From Eledone cirrhosa (taxonomy: Eukaryota), in the NCBI GenBank assembly GCA_964016885.1, contig OZ024740.1, positions 35,712,001-35,776,000 of the forward strand: 64,000 bases of DNA, in the 5' to 3' direction. The notes under the pieces were generated by a model. The model searched no databases, had not been told where the DNA came from, and was given only the letters and a program-made list of their open reading frames with translations. Positions 15,001 to 30,000 of the stretch are shown in pieces. Both the position numbers and the translations under genes were made by a program. Each line of letters starts with the position of its first letter. The first letter of the stretch is position 1.

Positions 15001-18000
15001 AGGTGTAGTGGTTTAACAGACGACAGTTAGATGTAAAGTGTAGTGGTTTAACAGACGACAGTTATATGTAAGGTGTTGTGGTTTAACAGACGACAGTTAG
15101 ATGTAATGTGTTGTGGTTTAACAGACGACAGTTAGATGTAAGGTGTTGTGGTTTAACAAACGACAGTTAGATGTAAGGTGTTGTGGTTCAACAGGCGACA
15201 GTTATATGTAAGGTGATGTGGTTCAACAGGCGACAGTTAGATGTAAGTTGTTGTGGTTTAACAGGTGACAGTTATATGTAAGGTGTTGTGGTTTAACAGG
15301 AGACAGTTAGATGTAAGGTGTTGTGGTTTAACAGACGACAGTTAGATGTAAGTTGTAGTGGTTTAACAGACGACAGTTAGATGTAAGCTGTAGTGGTTCA
15401 ACAGACGACAGTTAAATGTAAGGTGTTGTGGTTTAACAGGTGAAAGTTAGATGTAAGGTGTAGTGGTTTAACAGACGGCAGTTAGATGTAAGGTGTAGTG
15501 GTTTAATAGGCGACAGTTAGATGTAAGGTGTAGTGGTTTAACAGACGAGAGTTAAATGTAAGGTGTTGTGGTTTAACAGACGACAGTTAGATGTAATTAG
15601 TCGTTTAACAGTCGTTAGTTAGATGTAAGGTGTAGTGGTTTAACAGGTGACAGTTAGATGTAAGGTGTTGTCGTTTAACAGGCGACAGTTAGATGGAAGG
15701 TGTTGTGGTTCAACATGCGACAGTTAGATGTATGGTGTTGTGGTTTAACAGGCGACAGTGACATGTAAGATGTTGTGGTTTAACAGGCGACAGTGAGATG
15801 TAAGGTGTTGTGGTTTAACAGGCGACAGTGAGATGTAAGGTGTTGTGGTTCAACAGGCGACAGTTAGATGTATGGTGTTGTGGTTTAACAGGCGACAGTG
15901 ACATGTAAGATGTTGTGGTTTAACAGGCGACAGTGAGATGTAAGGTGTTGTGGTTGAACAGGCGACAGTTAGATGTATGGTGTTGTGGTTGAATAGGTGA
16001 CAGTTAGATGTGAGGTATTGTGGTTTAACAGGCCACAGTGAGATGCAAGGTGTTGTCGTATAACAGGCAACAGTTAGATGGAAGGTGTTGTGGTTTAACA
16101 GGTGACAGTTAGATGTAAGGTATAGTGGTTTAACAGGCGACAGTGAGATGTAAGGTGTTGTGGTTCAACAGGCGACAGTTAGATGTATGGTGTTGTGGTT
16201 TAACAGGCGACAGTGAGATGTAAGGTGTAGTGGTTTAACAGCTGACAGTTAGATGCATGGTGTTGTCGTTAAACAGGCGACAGTTAGATGGAAGGTGTTG
16301 TGGTTTAACAGGCGACAGTGAGATGGAAGCTGTTGTGGTTCAACAGGCGACAGTTAGATGTAAGGTGTTGTCGTATAACAGGCAACAGTTAGATGGAACG
16401 TGTTGTGGTTTAACAGGTGACAGTTAGATGTAAGGTATAGTGGTTTAACAGGCGACAGTGAGATGTAAGGTGTTGTGGTTCAACAGGCGACAGTTAGATG
16501 TAAGGTGTTGTGGTTTAGCAGGTGACAGTTAGATGTAATGTGTTGTGGTTTACCAGGTGACAGTGAGATGTAAGGTGTTGTGGTTTAACAGGTGACAGTT
16601 AGATGTAAGGTGTTGTGGCTTAACAGACGACAGTTAGATGTATGGTGTTGTGGTTTAACAGACGACAGTGAGATGTAAGGTGTTGTGGTTTGACAGGTGA
16701 CAGTTAGATGTAAGGTGTTGTGTTTTAACAAACGACAGTTATATGTAAGTTGTTGTGGTTTAACAGGTGACAGTTATATGTAAGGCGCTGTGGTTTAACA
16801 GGAGACAGTTAGATGTAAGGTGTTGTGGTTTAAAGTTGACAGTTAGATGTAAGTTTCTGTGGCTTACAGTTGACAGTTAGATGTAAGGTTTAGTGGTTTA
16901 ACAGACGACAGTTAGATGTAAAGTGTAGTGGTTTAACAGACGACAGTTATATGTAAGGTTTTGTGGTTTAACAGACGACAGTTAGATGTAATGAGTTGTG
17001 GTTTAACAGACGACAGTTAGATGTAAGGTGTTGTGGTTCACCAGGCGACAGTTAGATGTAAGGTGTTGTGGTTTAACAGGTGACAGTTATATGAAAGGTG
17101 TTTTGGTTTAACAGGTGACAGTTAAATGTAAAGTGTTGTGGTTCAACAGACGACAGTTAAATGTAAGTTGTTGTGATTCAACAGACGAGAGTTATATGCA
17201 AGGTGTTGTGGTTTAACAGACGACAGTTAGATGTAAAGTATAGTGGTTTAACAGGCGACAGTTAGATGTAAGGTGTTGTGGGTCAACAGGCGACAGTTAG
17301 ATGTAAGGTGTTGTTGTTTACAGTTGACAGTTAGATATAAGGTGTAGTGGTTTAACAGACGACAGTTAGATGTAAGGTGTAGTGGTTTAACAGACGACAG
17401 TTTGATGTAAAGTGTTGTGGTTTAACAAACGACTGTTAGATGTAAGGTGTTGTGGTTCAACAGGCGACAGTTAGATGTAAGGTGTTGTGGTTTAACAGGT
17501 GACAGTTATATGAAAGGTGTTGTGGTTTAACAGGTGACAGTTAGATGTAAGGTGTTGTGGTTTCACAGGTGACAGTTAGATGTAAGGTGTTGTGGTTTAA
17601 CAGGCGACAGTTAGATGTAAGGTGTTGTGGTTCAACAGGCGACAGTTATATGTAAGGTGTTGTGGTTTAACAGACGACAGTTAGATGTGATGTGTTGTGG
17701 CTTAGCAGACGACAGTTAGATGTAAGGTGTTGTGGTTTAACAAACGACTGTTAGATGTAAGGTGTTGTGGTTCAACAGGCGACAGTTAGATGTAAGGTGT
17801 TGTGGTTTAACAGGTGACAGTTATATGAAAGGTGTTGTGGTTTAACAGGTGACAGTTAGATGTAAGGTGTTGTGGTTTCACAGGTGACAGTTAGATGTAA
17901 GGTGTTGTGGTTTAACAGGCGACAGTTAGATGTAAGGTGTTGTGGTTTAGCAGGTGACAGTTAGATGTAATGTGTTGTGGTTTACCAGGTGACAGTGAGA

Positions 18001-21000
18001 TGTAAGGTGTTGTGGTTTAACAGGTGACAGTTAGATGTAACGTGTTGTGGCTTAACAGACGACAGTTAGATGTATGGTGTTGTGGTTTAACAGACGACAG
18101 TGAGATGTAAGGTGTTGTGGTTTGACAGGTGACAGTTAGATGTAAGGTGTTGTGTTTTAAAAAACGACAGTTATATGTAAGGTGATGTGGTTCAACAGGC
18201 GACAGTTAGATGTAAGTTGTTGTGGTTTAACAGACGACAGTTATATGTAAGGTGTTGTGGTTTAACAGGAGACAGTTAGATGTAAGGTGTAGTGGTTTAA
18301 CAGACGACAGTTAGATGTAAAGTGTAGTGGTTTAACAGACGACAGTTATATGTAAGGTGTTGTGGTTTAACAGACGACAGTTAGATGTAATGTGTTGTGG
18401 TTTAACAGACGACAGTTAGATGTAAGGTGTTGTGGTTTAACAAACGACAGTTAGATGTAAGGTGTTGTGGTTCAACAGGCGACAGTTATATGTAAGGTGA
18501 TGTGGTTCAACAGGCGACAGTTAGATGTAAGTTGTTGTGGTTTAACAGGTGACAGTTATATGTAAGGTGTTGTGGTTTAACAGGAGACAGTTATATGTAA
18601 GGTGTTGTGGTTTAACAGACGACAGTTAGATGTAAGTTGTAGTGGTTTAACAGACGACAGTTAGATGTAAGCTGTAGTGGTTCAACAGACGACAGTTAAA
18701 TGTAAGGTGTTGTGGTTTAACAGGTGAAAGTTAGATGTAAGGTGTAGTGGTTTAACAGACGGCAGTTAGATGTAAGGTGTAGTGGTTTAATAGGCGACAG
18801 TTAGATGTAAGGTGTAGTGGTTTAACAGACGAGAGTTAAATGTAAGGTGTTGTGGTTTAACAGACGACAGTTAGATGTAATTAGTCGTTTAACAGTCGTT
18901 AGTTAGATGTAAGGTGTAGTGGTTTAACAGGTGACAGTTAGATGTAAGGTGTTGTCGTTTAACAGGCGACAGTTAGATGGAAGGTGTTGTGGTTCAACAT
19001 GCGACAGTTAGATGTATGGTGTTGTGGTTTAACAGGCGACAGTGACATGTAAGATGTTGTGGTTTAACAGGCGACAGTGAGATGTAAGGTGTTGTGGTTT
19101 AACAGGCGACAGTGAGATGTAAGGTGTTGTGGTTCAACAGGCGACAGTTAGATGTATGGTGTTGTGGTTTAACAGGCGACAGTGACATGTAAGATGTTGT
19201 GGTTTAACAGGCGACAGTGAGATGTAAGGTGTTGTGGTTGAACAGGCGACAGTTAGATGTATGGTGTTGTGGTTGAATAGGTGACAGTTAGATGTGAGGT
19301 ATTGTGGTTTAACAGGCCACAGTGAGATGCAAGGTGTTGTCGTATAACAGGCAACAGTTAGATGGAAGGTGTTGTGGTTTAACAGGTGACAGTTAGATGT
19401 AAGGTATAGTGGTTTAACAGGCGACAGTGAGATGTAAGGTGTTGTGGTTCAACAGGCGACAGTTAGATGTATGGTGTTGTGGTTTAACAGGCGACAGTGA
19501 GATGTAAGGTGTAGTGGTTTAACAGCTGACAGTTAGATGCATGGTGTTGTCGTTAAACAGGCGACAGTTAGATGGAAGGTGTTGTGGTTTAACAGGCGAC
19601 AGTGAGATGGAAGCTGTTGTGGTTCAACAGGCGACAGTTAGATGTAAGGTGTTGTCGTATAACAGGCAACAGTTAGATGGAACGTGTTGTGGTTTAACAG
19701 GTGACAGTTAGATGTAAGGTATAGTGGTTTAACAGGCGACAGTGAGATGTAAGGTGTTGTGGTTCAACAGGCGACAGTTAGATGTAAGGTGTTGTGGTTT
19801 AGCAGGTGACAGTTAGATGTAATGTGTTGTGGTTTACCAGGTGACAGTGAGATGTAAGGTGTTGTGGTTTAACAGGTGACAGTTAGATGTAAGGTGTTGT
19901 GGCTTAACAGACGACAGTTAGATGTATGGTGTTGTGGTTTAACAGACGACAGTGAGATGTAAGGTGTTGTGGTTTGACAGGTGACAGTTAGATGTAAGGT
20001 GTTGTGTTTTAACAAACGACAGTTATATGTAAGTTGTTGTGGTTTAACAGGTGACAGTTATATGTAAGGCGCTGTGGTTTAACAGGAGACAGTTAGATGT
20101 AAGGTGTTGTGGTTTAAAGTTGACAGTTAGATGTAAGTTTCTGTGGCTTACAGTTGACAGTTAGATGTAAGGTTTAGTGGTTTAACAGACGACAGTTAGA
20201 TGTAAAGTGTAGTGGTTTAACAGACGACAGTTATATGTAAGGTTTTGTGGTTTAACAGACGACAGTTAGATGTAATGAGTTGTGGTTTAACAGACGACAG
20301 TTAGATGTAAGGTGTTGTGGTTCACCAGGCGACAGTTAGATGTAAGGTGTTGTGGTTTAACAGGTGACAGTTATATGAAAGGTGTTTTGGTTTAACAGGT
20401 GACAGTTAAATGTAAAGTGTTGTGGTTCAACAGACGACAGTTAAATGTAAGTTGTTGTGATTCAACAGACGAGAGTTATATGCAAGGTGTTGTGGTTTAA
20501 CAGACGACAGTTAGATGTAAAGTATAGTGGTTTAACAGGCGACAGTTAGATGTAAGGTGTTGTGGGTCAACAGGCGACAGTTAGATGTAAGGTGTTGTTG
20601 TTTACAGTTGACAGTTAGATATAAGGTGTAGTGGTTTAACAGACGACAGTTAGATGTAAGGTGTAGTGGTTTAACAGACGACAGTTTGATGTAAAGTGTT
20701 GTGGTTTAACAAACGACTGTTAGATGTAAGGTGTTGTGGTTCAACAGGCGACAGTTAGATGTAAGGTGTTGTGGTTTAACAGGTGACAGTTATATGAAAG
20801 GTGTTGTGGTTTAACAGGTGACAGTTAGATGTAAGGTGTTGTGGTTTCACAGGTGACAGTTAGATGTAAGGTGTTGTGGTTTAACAGGCGACAGTTAGAT
20901 GTAAGGTGTTGTGGTTCAACAGGCGACAGTTAGATGTAAGGTGTTGTGGTTTAGCAGGTGACAGTTAGATGTAATGTGTTGTGGTTTACCAGGTGACAGT

Positions 21001-24000
21001 GAGATGTAAGGTGTTGTGGTTTGACAGGTGACAGTTAGATGTAAGGTGTTGTGTTTTAACAAACGACAGTTATATGTAAGGTGATGTGGTTCAACAGGCG
21101 ACAGTTAGATGTAAGTTGTTGTGGTTTAACAGGTGACAGTTATATGTAAGGTGTTGTGGTTTAACAGGAGACAGTTAGATGTAAGGTGTTGTGGTTTACA
21201 GTTGACAGTTAGATGTAAGGTGTAGTGGTTTAACAGACCACAGTTAGATGTAAGGTGTAGTGGTTTAACAGACGATAGTTAGATGTAATGTGTAGTGGTT
21301 TAACAGACGACAGTTATATGTAAGGTGTTGTGGTTTAACAGACGACAGTTAGATGTAATGTGTTGTGGTTTAACAGACGACAGTTAGATGTAAGGTGTTG
21401 TGGTTTAACAAACGACAGTTAGATGTAAGGTGTTGTGGTTCAACAGGCGACAGTTAGATGTAAGGTGTTGTGGTTTAACAGGTGACAGTTATATGAAAGG
21501 TGTTGTGGTTTAACAGGTGACAGTTAAATGTAAAGTGTTGTGGTTCAACAGAAGACAGTTAAATGTAAGGTATTGTGATTCAACAGACGAGAGTTATATG
21601 CAAGGTGTTGTGGTTTAACAGACGACAGTTAGATGTAAAGTATAGTGGTTTAACAGGCGACAGTTAGATGTAAGGTGTTGTGGGTCAACAAGCGACAGTT
21701 AGATGTAAGGTGTTGTGGATTACAGTTGACAGTTAGATGTAAGGTGTAGTGGTTTAACAGACGACAGTTTGATGTAAAGTGTAGTGGTTTAACAGACGAC
21801 AGTTATATGTAAGGTGTTGTGGTTTAACAGACGACAGTTAGATGTAATGTGTTGTGGTTTAACAGACGACAGTTAGATGTAAGGTGTTGTGGTTTAACAA
21901 ACGACTGTTAGATGTAAGGTGTTGTGGTTTAACAGGTGACAGTTAGATGTAAGGTGTTGTGGTTTCACAGGTGACAGTTAGATGTAAGGTGTTGTGGTTT
22001 AACAGGCGACAGTTAGATGTAAGGTGTTGTGGTTCAACAGGCGACAGTTAGATGTAAGGTGTTGTGGTTTAGCAGGTGGCAGTTAGATGTAATGTGTTGT
22101 GGTTTACCAGGTGACAGTTAGATGAAAGGTGTTGTGGCTTAACAGACGACAGTTAGATGTATGGTGTTGTGGTTTAACAGACGACAGTGAGATGTAAGGT
22201 GTTGTGGTTTGACAGGTGACAGTTAGATGTAAGGTGTTGCGTTTTAACAAACGACAGTTATATGTAAGGTGATGTGGTTCAACAGGCGACAGTTAGATGT
22301 AAGTTGTTGTGGTTTAACAGGTGACAGTTATATGTAAGGTGTTGTGGTTTAACAGGAGACAGTTAGATGTAAGTTTCTGTGGTTTACAGTTGACAGTTAG
22401 ATGTAAGGTGTAGTGGTTTAACAGACGACAGTTAGATGTAAGGTGTAGTGGTTTAACAGACGACAGTTAGATGTAAAGTGTAGTGGTTTAACAGACGACA
22501 GTTAGATGTAAGGTGTTGTGGTTTAACAAACGACAGTTAGATGTAAGGTGTTGTGGTTTAACAAACGACAGTTAGATGTAAGGTGTTGTGGTTCAACAGG
22601 CGACAGTTAGATGTAAGGTGTTGTGGTCTAACAGATGACAGTTATATGAAAGGTGTTGTGGTTTAACAGGTGACAGTTAAATGTAAAGTGTTGTGGTTCA
22701 ACAGACGACAGTTAAATGTAAGGTGTTGTGATTCAACAGACGAAAGTTATATGCAAGGTGTTGTGGTTTAACAGACGACAGTTAGATGTAAAGTATAGTG
22801 GTTTAACAGGCGACAGTTAGATGTAAGGTGTTGTGGGTCAACAGGCGACAGTTAGATGTAAGGTGTTGTGGTTTACAGTTGACAGTTAGATGTAAGGTGT
22901 AGTGGTTTAACAGACGACAGTTATATGTAAGGTGTTGTGGTTTAACAGACGACAGTTAGATGTAAGGTGTTGTGGTTTAACAAACGACTGTTAGATGTAA
23001 GGTGTTGTGGTTCAACAGGCGACAGTTAGATGTAAGGTGATGTGGTTTAACAGGTGACACTTATATGAAAGGTGTTGTGGTTTAACAGGTGACAGTTAGA
23101 TGTAAGGTGTTGTGGTTTCACAGGTGACAGTTAGATGTAAGGTGTTGTGTTTTAACAAACGACAGTTATATGTAAGTTGTTGTGGTTTAACAGGTGACAG
23201 TTATATGTAAGGCGTTGTGGTTTAACAGGAGACAGTTAGATGTAAGGTGTTGTGGATTAACAGGCGACAGTTAGATGTAAGGTCTTGTGGTTCAACAGGC
23301 GACAGTTAGATGTAAGCTGTTGAGGTTTAACAGGTGACAGTTAGATGTAAGGTGTTGTGGATTAACAGGCGACAGTTAGATGTAAGGTCTTGTGGTTCAA
23401 CAGGCGACAGTTAGATGTAAGCTGTTGAGGTTTAACAGGTGACAGTTAGATGTAAAGTGTTGTGGTTTAACAGGCGACAGTGAGATGTAAGGTGTTTTGG
23501 TTTTACAGACGACAGTTCGATGTAAGGTGTTGTGTTTTAACAGGTGACAGTTAGATGCAAGGTGTAGGTGTTTAACAAGCAACAGTTAGATGTAAGGTGT
23601 TGTGGTTTAACAGGTGACAGTGAGATTTAAGGTGTTGTGGTTTAACAGGCGACAGTGAGATGTAAGGTGTTGTGGTTTAACAGGCGACAGTGAGATGTAA
23701 GGTGTAGTGGTTTAACAGGCGACATTTAGATGTAATGTGTTCTGGTTTAACAGGCAACAGTTAGATGTAAGGTGTAGTGGTTTAACAGACGACAGTTAGA
23801 TGTAAGGTGTTGTGGTTCAACAGGCGACAGTTATATGTAAGGTGATGTGGTTCAACAGGCGACAGTTAGATGTAAGTTGTTTTGGTTTAACAGGTGACAG
23901 TTATATGTAAGGTGTTGTGGTTTAACAGGAGACAGTTAGATGTAAGGTGTTGTGGTTTAACAGACGACAGTTAGATGTAAGTTGTAGTGGTTTAACAGAC

Positions 24001-27000
24001 GACAGTTAGATGTAAGCTGTAGTGGTTCAACAGACGCCAGTTAAATGTAAGGTGTTGTGGTTTAACAGGTGAAAGTTAGATGTAAGGTGTAGTGGTTTAA
24101 CAGACGGCAGTTAGATGTAAGGTGTAGTGGTTTAATAGGCGACATTTAGATGTAAGATGTAGTGGTTTAACAGACGAGAGTTAAATGTAAGGTGTTGTGG
24201 TTTAACAAACGACAGTTAGATGTAAGGTGTTGTGGTTCAACAGGCGACAGTTATATGTAAGGTGATGTGGTTCAACAGGCGACAGTTAGATGTAAGTTGT
24301 TGTGGTTTAACAGGTGACAGTTATATGTAAGGTGTTGTGGTTTAACAGGAGACAGTTAGATGTAAGGTGTTGTGGTTTAACAGACGACAGTTAGATGTAA
24401 GTTGTAGTGGTTTAACAGACGACAGTTAGATATAAGCTGTAGTGGTTCAACAGGCGACAGTTAAATGTAAGGTGTTGTGGTTTAACAGGTGAAAGTTAGA
24501 TGTAAGGTGTAGTGGTTTAACAGACGGCAGTTAGATGTAAGGTGTAGTGGTTTAATAGGCGACATTTAGATGTAAGATGTAGTGGTTTAACAGACGAGAG
24601 TTAAATGTAAGGTGTTGTGGTTTAACAGGCGACAGTTAGATGTAAGGCGTTGTGGTTTAACAGACGTCAGTTAGATGTAAGGTGTTGTGGTTCAACGGAC
24701 GAGAGTTAAATGTAAGGTGTTGTGGTTTAACAGACGACAGTTAGATGTAATGAGTCGTTTAACAGTCGTTAGTTAGATGTAAGGTGTAGTGGTTTAACAG
24801 GTGACAGTTAGATGTAAGGTGTTGTCGTTTAACAGGCGACAGTTAGATGGAAGGTGTTGTGGTTCAACATGCGACAGTTAGATGTATGGTGTTGTGGTTT
24901 AACAGGCGACAGTGACATGTAAGATGTTGTGGTTTAACAGGCGACAGTGAGATGTAAGGTGTTGTGGTTTAACAGGTGACAGTGAGATGTAAGGTGTTGT
25001 GGTTCAACAGGCGACAGTTAGATGTATGGTGTTGTGGTTTAACAGGCGACAGTGACATGTAAGATGTTGTGGTTTAACAGGCGACAGTGAGATGTAAGGT
25101 GTTGTGGTTGAACAGGCGACAGTTAGATGTAAGGTGTTGTCGTTTAACAGGCGACAGTTAGATGGAAGGTGTTGTGGTTCAACATGCGACAGTTAGATGT
25201 ATGGTGTTGTGGTTTAACAGGCGACAGTGACATGTAAGATGTTGTGGTTTAACAGGCGACAGTGAGATGTAAGGTGTTGTGGTTTAACAGGTGACAGTGA
25301 GATGTAAGGTGTTGTGGTTCAACAGGCGACAGTTAGATGTATGGTGTTGTGGTTTAACAGGCGACAGTGACATGTAAGATGTTGTGGTTTAACAGGCGAC
25401 AGTGAGATGTAAGGTGTTGTGGTTGAACAGGCGACAGTTAGATGTATGGTGTTGTGGTTGAATAGGTGACAGTTAGATGTGAGGTGTTGTGGTTTAACAG
25501 GCCACAGTGAGATGCAAGGTGTTGTGGTTTAACAGGCGACAGTGAGATGTAAGGTGTAGTGGTTTAATAGCTGACAGTTAGATGCATGGTGTTGTCGTTA
25601 AACAGGCGACAGTTAGATGGAAGGTGTTGTGGTTTAACAGGCGACAGTGAGATGTAAGGTGTTGTGGTTCAACGGGCGACAGTTAGATGTAAGGTGTTGT
25701 CGTATAACAGGCAACAGTTAGATGGAAGGTGTTGTGGTTTAACAGGTGACAGTTACATGTAAGGTATAGTGGTTTAACAGCTGACAGTGAGATGTAAGGT
25801 GTTGTGGTTCAACAGGCGACAGTTAGATGTAAGGTGTTGTGGTTTAGCAGGTGACAGTTAGATGTAATGTGTTGTGGTTTACCAGGTGACAGTGAGATGT
25901 AAGGTGTTGTGGTTTAACAGGTGACAGTTAGATGTAAGGTGTTGTGGCTTAACAGACGACAGTTAGATGTATGGTGTTGTGGTTTAACAGACGACAGTGA
26001 GATGTAAGGTGTTGTGGTTTGACAGGTGACAGTTAGATGTAAGGTGTTGTGTTTAAACAAACGACAGTTATATGTAAGGTGATGTGGTTCAACAGGCGAC
26101 AGTTAGATGTGAGTTGTTGTGGTTTAACAGGTGACAGTTATATGTAAGGTGTTGTGGTTTAACAGGAGACAGTTAGATGTAAGGTGTTGTGGTTTACAGT
26201 TGACAGTTAGATGTAAGGTGTAGTGGTTTAACAGACGACAGTTAGATGTAAGGTGTAGTGGTTTAACAGACGACAGTTAGATGTAAAGTGTAGTGGTTTA
26301 ACAGACGACAGTTATATGTAAGGTGTTGTGGTTTAACAGACGACAGTTAGATGTAATGTGTTGTGGTTTAACAGACGACAGTTAGATGTAAGGTGTTGTG
26401 GTTTAACAAACGACAGTTAGATGTAAGGTGTTGTGGTTCAACAGGCGACAGTTAGATGTAAGGTGTTGTGGTTTAACAGGTGACAGTTATATGAAAGGTG
26501 TTGTGGTTTAACAGGTGACAGTTAAATGTAAAGTGTTGTGGTTCAACAGACGACAGTTAAATGTAAGGGGTTGTGATTCAACAGACGAGAGTTATATGCA
26601 AGGTGTTGTGGTTTAACAGACGACAGTTAGATGTAAAGTATAGTGGTTTAACAGGCGACAGTTAGATTAAGGTGTTGTGGGTCAACAGGCGACAGTTAGA
26701 TGTAAGGTGTTGTGGTTTACAGTTGACAGTTAGATGTAAGGTGTAGTGGTTTAACAGACGACAGTTAGATGTAAGGTGTAGTGGTTTAACAGACGACAGT
26801 TTGATGTAAAGTGTAGTGGTTTAACAGACGACAGTTATATGTAAGGTGTTGTGGTTTAACAGACGACAGTTAGATGTAAGGTGTTGTGGTTTAACAAACG
26901 ACTGTTAGATGTAAGGTGTTGTGGTTCAACAGGCGACAGTTAGATGTAAGGTGTTGTGGTTTAACAGGTGACAGTTAGATGTAAGGTGTTGTGGTTTCAC

Positions 27001-30000
27001 AGTTGACAGTTAGATGTAAGGTGTAGTGGTTTAACAGGCGACAGTTAGATGTAAGGTGTTGTGGTTCAACAGGCGACAGTTAGATGTAAGCTGTTGAGGT
27101 TTAACAGGTGACAGTTAGATGTAAGGTGTTGTGGATTAACAGGCGACAGTTAGATGTAAGGTCTTGTGGTTCAACAGGCGACAGTTAGATGTAAGCTGTT
27201 GAGGTTTAACAGGTGACAGTTAGATGTAAGGTGTTGTGGATTAACAGGCGACAGTTAGATGTAAGGTCTTGTGGTTCAACAGGCGACAGTTAGATGTAAG
27301 CTGTTGAGGTTTAACAGGTGACAGTTAGATGTAAAGTGTTGTGGTTTAACAGGCGACAGTGAGATGTAAGGTGTTTTGGTTTTACAGACGACAGTTCGAT
27401 GTAAGGTGTTGTGTTTTAACAGGTGACAGTTAGATGCAAGGTGTAGGTGTTTAACAAGCAACAGTTAGATGTAAGGTGTTGTGGTTTAACAGGTGACAGT
27501 TAGATGGAAGATTTTGTGGTTTAACAGGTGACAGTTAGATGTAATGTGTTCTGGTTTAACAGGCAACAATTAGATGTAAGGTGTTGTGGTTTAACAGGTG
27601 ACAGTTAGATGTAAGGTGTTGTGGTTTAACAGGCGACAGTGAGATGTAAGGTGTTGTGGTTTAACAGGCGACAGTGAGATGTAAGGTGTAGTGGTTTAAC
27701 AGGCGACATTTAGATGTAATGTGTTCTGGTTTAACAGGCAACAGTTAGATGTAAGGTGTAGTGGTTTAACAGACGACAGTTAGATGTAAGGTGTTGTGGT
27801 TCAACAGGCGACAGTTATATGTAAGGTGATGTGGTTCAACAGGCGACAGTTAGATGTAAGTTGTTTTGGTTTAACAGGTGACAGTTATATGTAAGGTGTT
27901 GTGGTTTAACAGGAGACAGTTAGATGTAAGGTGTTGTGGTTTAACAGACGACAGTTAGATGTAAGTTGTAGTGGTTTAACAGACGACAGTTAGATGTAAG
28001 CTGTAGTGGTTCAACAGACGCCAGTTAAATGTAAGGTGTTGTGGTTTAACAGGTGAAAGTTAGATGTAAGGTGTAGTGGTTTAACAGACGGCAGTTAGAT
28101 GTAAGGTGTAGTGGTTTAATAGGCGACATTTAGATGTAAGATGTAGTGGTTTAACAGACGAGAGTTAAATGTAAGGTGTTGTGGTTTAACAAACGACAGT
28201 TAGATGTAAGGTGTTGTGGTTCAACAGGCGACAGTTATATGTAAGGTGATGTGGTTCAACAGGCGACAGTTAGATGTAAGTTGTTGTGGTTTAACAGGTG
28301 ACAGTTATATGTAAGGTGTTGTGGTTTAACAGGAGACAGTTAGATGTAAGGTGTTGTGGTTTAACAGACGACAGTTAGATGTAAGGTGTTGTGGTTTGAC
28401 AGGTGACAGTTAGATGTAAGGTGTTGTGTTTTAACAAACGACAGTTATATGTAAGGTGATGTGGTTCAACAGGCGACAGTTAGATGTAAGTTGTTGTGGT
28501 TTAACAGGTGACAGTTATATGTAAGGTGTTGTGGTTTAACAGGAGACAGTTAGATGTAAGGCGTTGTGGTTTACAGTTGACAGTTAGATGTAAGGTGTAG
28601 TGGTTTAACAGACGAGAGTTAGATGTAAGGTGTAGTGGTTTAACAGACGATAGTTAGATGTAAAGTGTAGTGGTTTAACAGACGACAGTTATATGTAAGG
28701 TGTTGTGGTTTAACAGACGACAGTTAGATGTAATGTGTTGTGGTTTAACAGACGACAGTTTGATGTAAGATGTTGTGGTTTAACAAACGACAGTTAGATG
28801 TAAGGTGTTGTGGTTCAACAGGCGACAGTTAGATGTAAGGTGTTGTGGTTTAACAGGTGACAGTTATATGAAAGGTGTTGTGGTTTAACAGGTGACAGTT
28901 AAATGTAAAGTGTTGTGGTTCAACAGAAGACAGTTAAATGTAAGGTATTGTGATTCAACAGACGAGAGTTATATGCAAGGTGTTGTGGTTTAACAGACGA
29001 CAGTTAGATGTAAAGTATAGTGGTTTAACAGGCGACAGTTAGATGTAAGGTGTTGTGGGTCAACAGGCGACAGTTAGATGTAAGGTGTTGTGGATTACAG
29101 TTGACAGTTAGATGTAAGGTGTAGTGGTTTAACAGACGACAGTTAGATGTAAGGTGTAGTGGTTTAACAGACGACAGTTTGATGTAAAGTGTAGTGGTTT
29201 AACAGACGACAGTTATATGTAAGGTGTTGTGGTTTAACAGACGACAGTTAGATGTAATGTGTTGTGGTTTAACAGACGACAGTTAGATGTAAGGTGTTGT
29301 GGTTTAACAAACGACTGTTAGATGTAAGGTGTTGTGGTTTCACAGGTGACAGTTAGATGTAAGGTGTTGTGGTTTAACAGGCGACAGTTAGATGTAAGGT
29401 GTTGTGGTTCAACAGGCGACAGTTAGATGTAAGGTGTTGTGGTTTAGCAGGTGGCAGTTAGATGTAATGTGTTGTGGTTTACCAGGTGACAGTGAGCTGT
29501 AAGGTGTTGTGGTTTAACAGGTGACAGTTAGATGAAAGGTGTTGTGGCTTAACAGACGACAGTTAGATGTATGGTGTTGTGGTTTAACAGACGACAGTGA
29601 GATGTAAGGTGTTGTGGTTTGACAGGTGACAGTTAGATGTAAGGTGTTGTGTTTTAACAAACGACAGTTATATGTAAGGTGATGTGGTTCAACAGGCGAC
29701 AGTTAGATGTAAGTGTTTGTGGTTTAACAGGTGACAGTTATATGTAAGGTGTTGTGGTTTAACAGGAGACAGTTAGATGTAAGTTTCTGTGGTTTACAGT
29801 TGACAGTTAGATGTAAGGTGTAGTGGTTTAACAGACGACAGTTAGATGTAAAGTGTAGTGGTTTAACAGACGACAGTTAGATGTAAGGTGTTGTGGTTTA
29901 ACAAACGACAGTTAGATGTAAGGTGTTGTGGTTTAACAAACGACAGTTAGATGTAAGGTGTTGTGGTTCAACAGGCGACAGTTAGATGTAAGGTGTTGTG

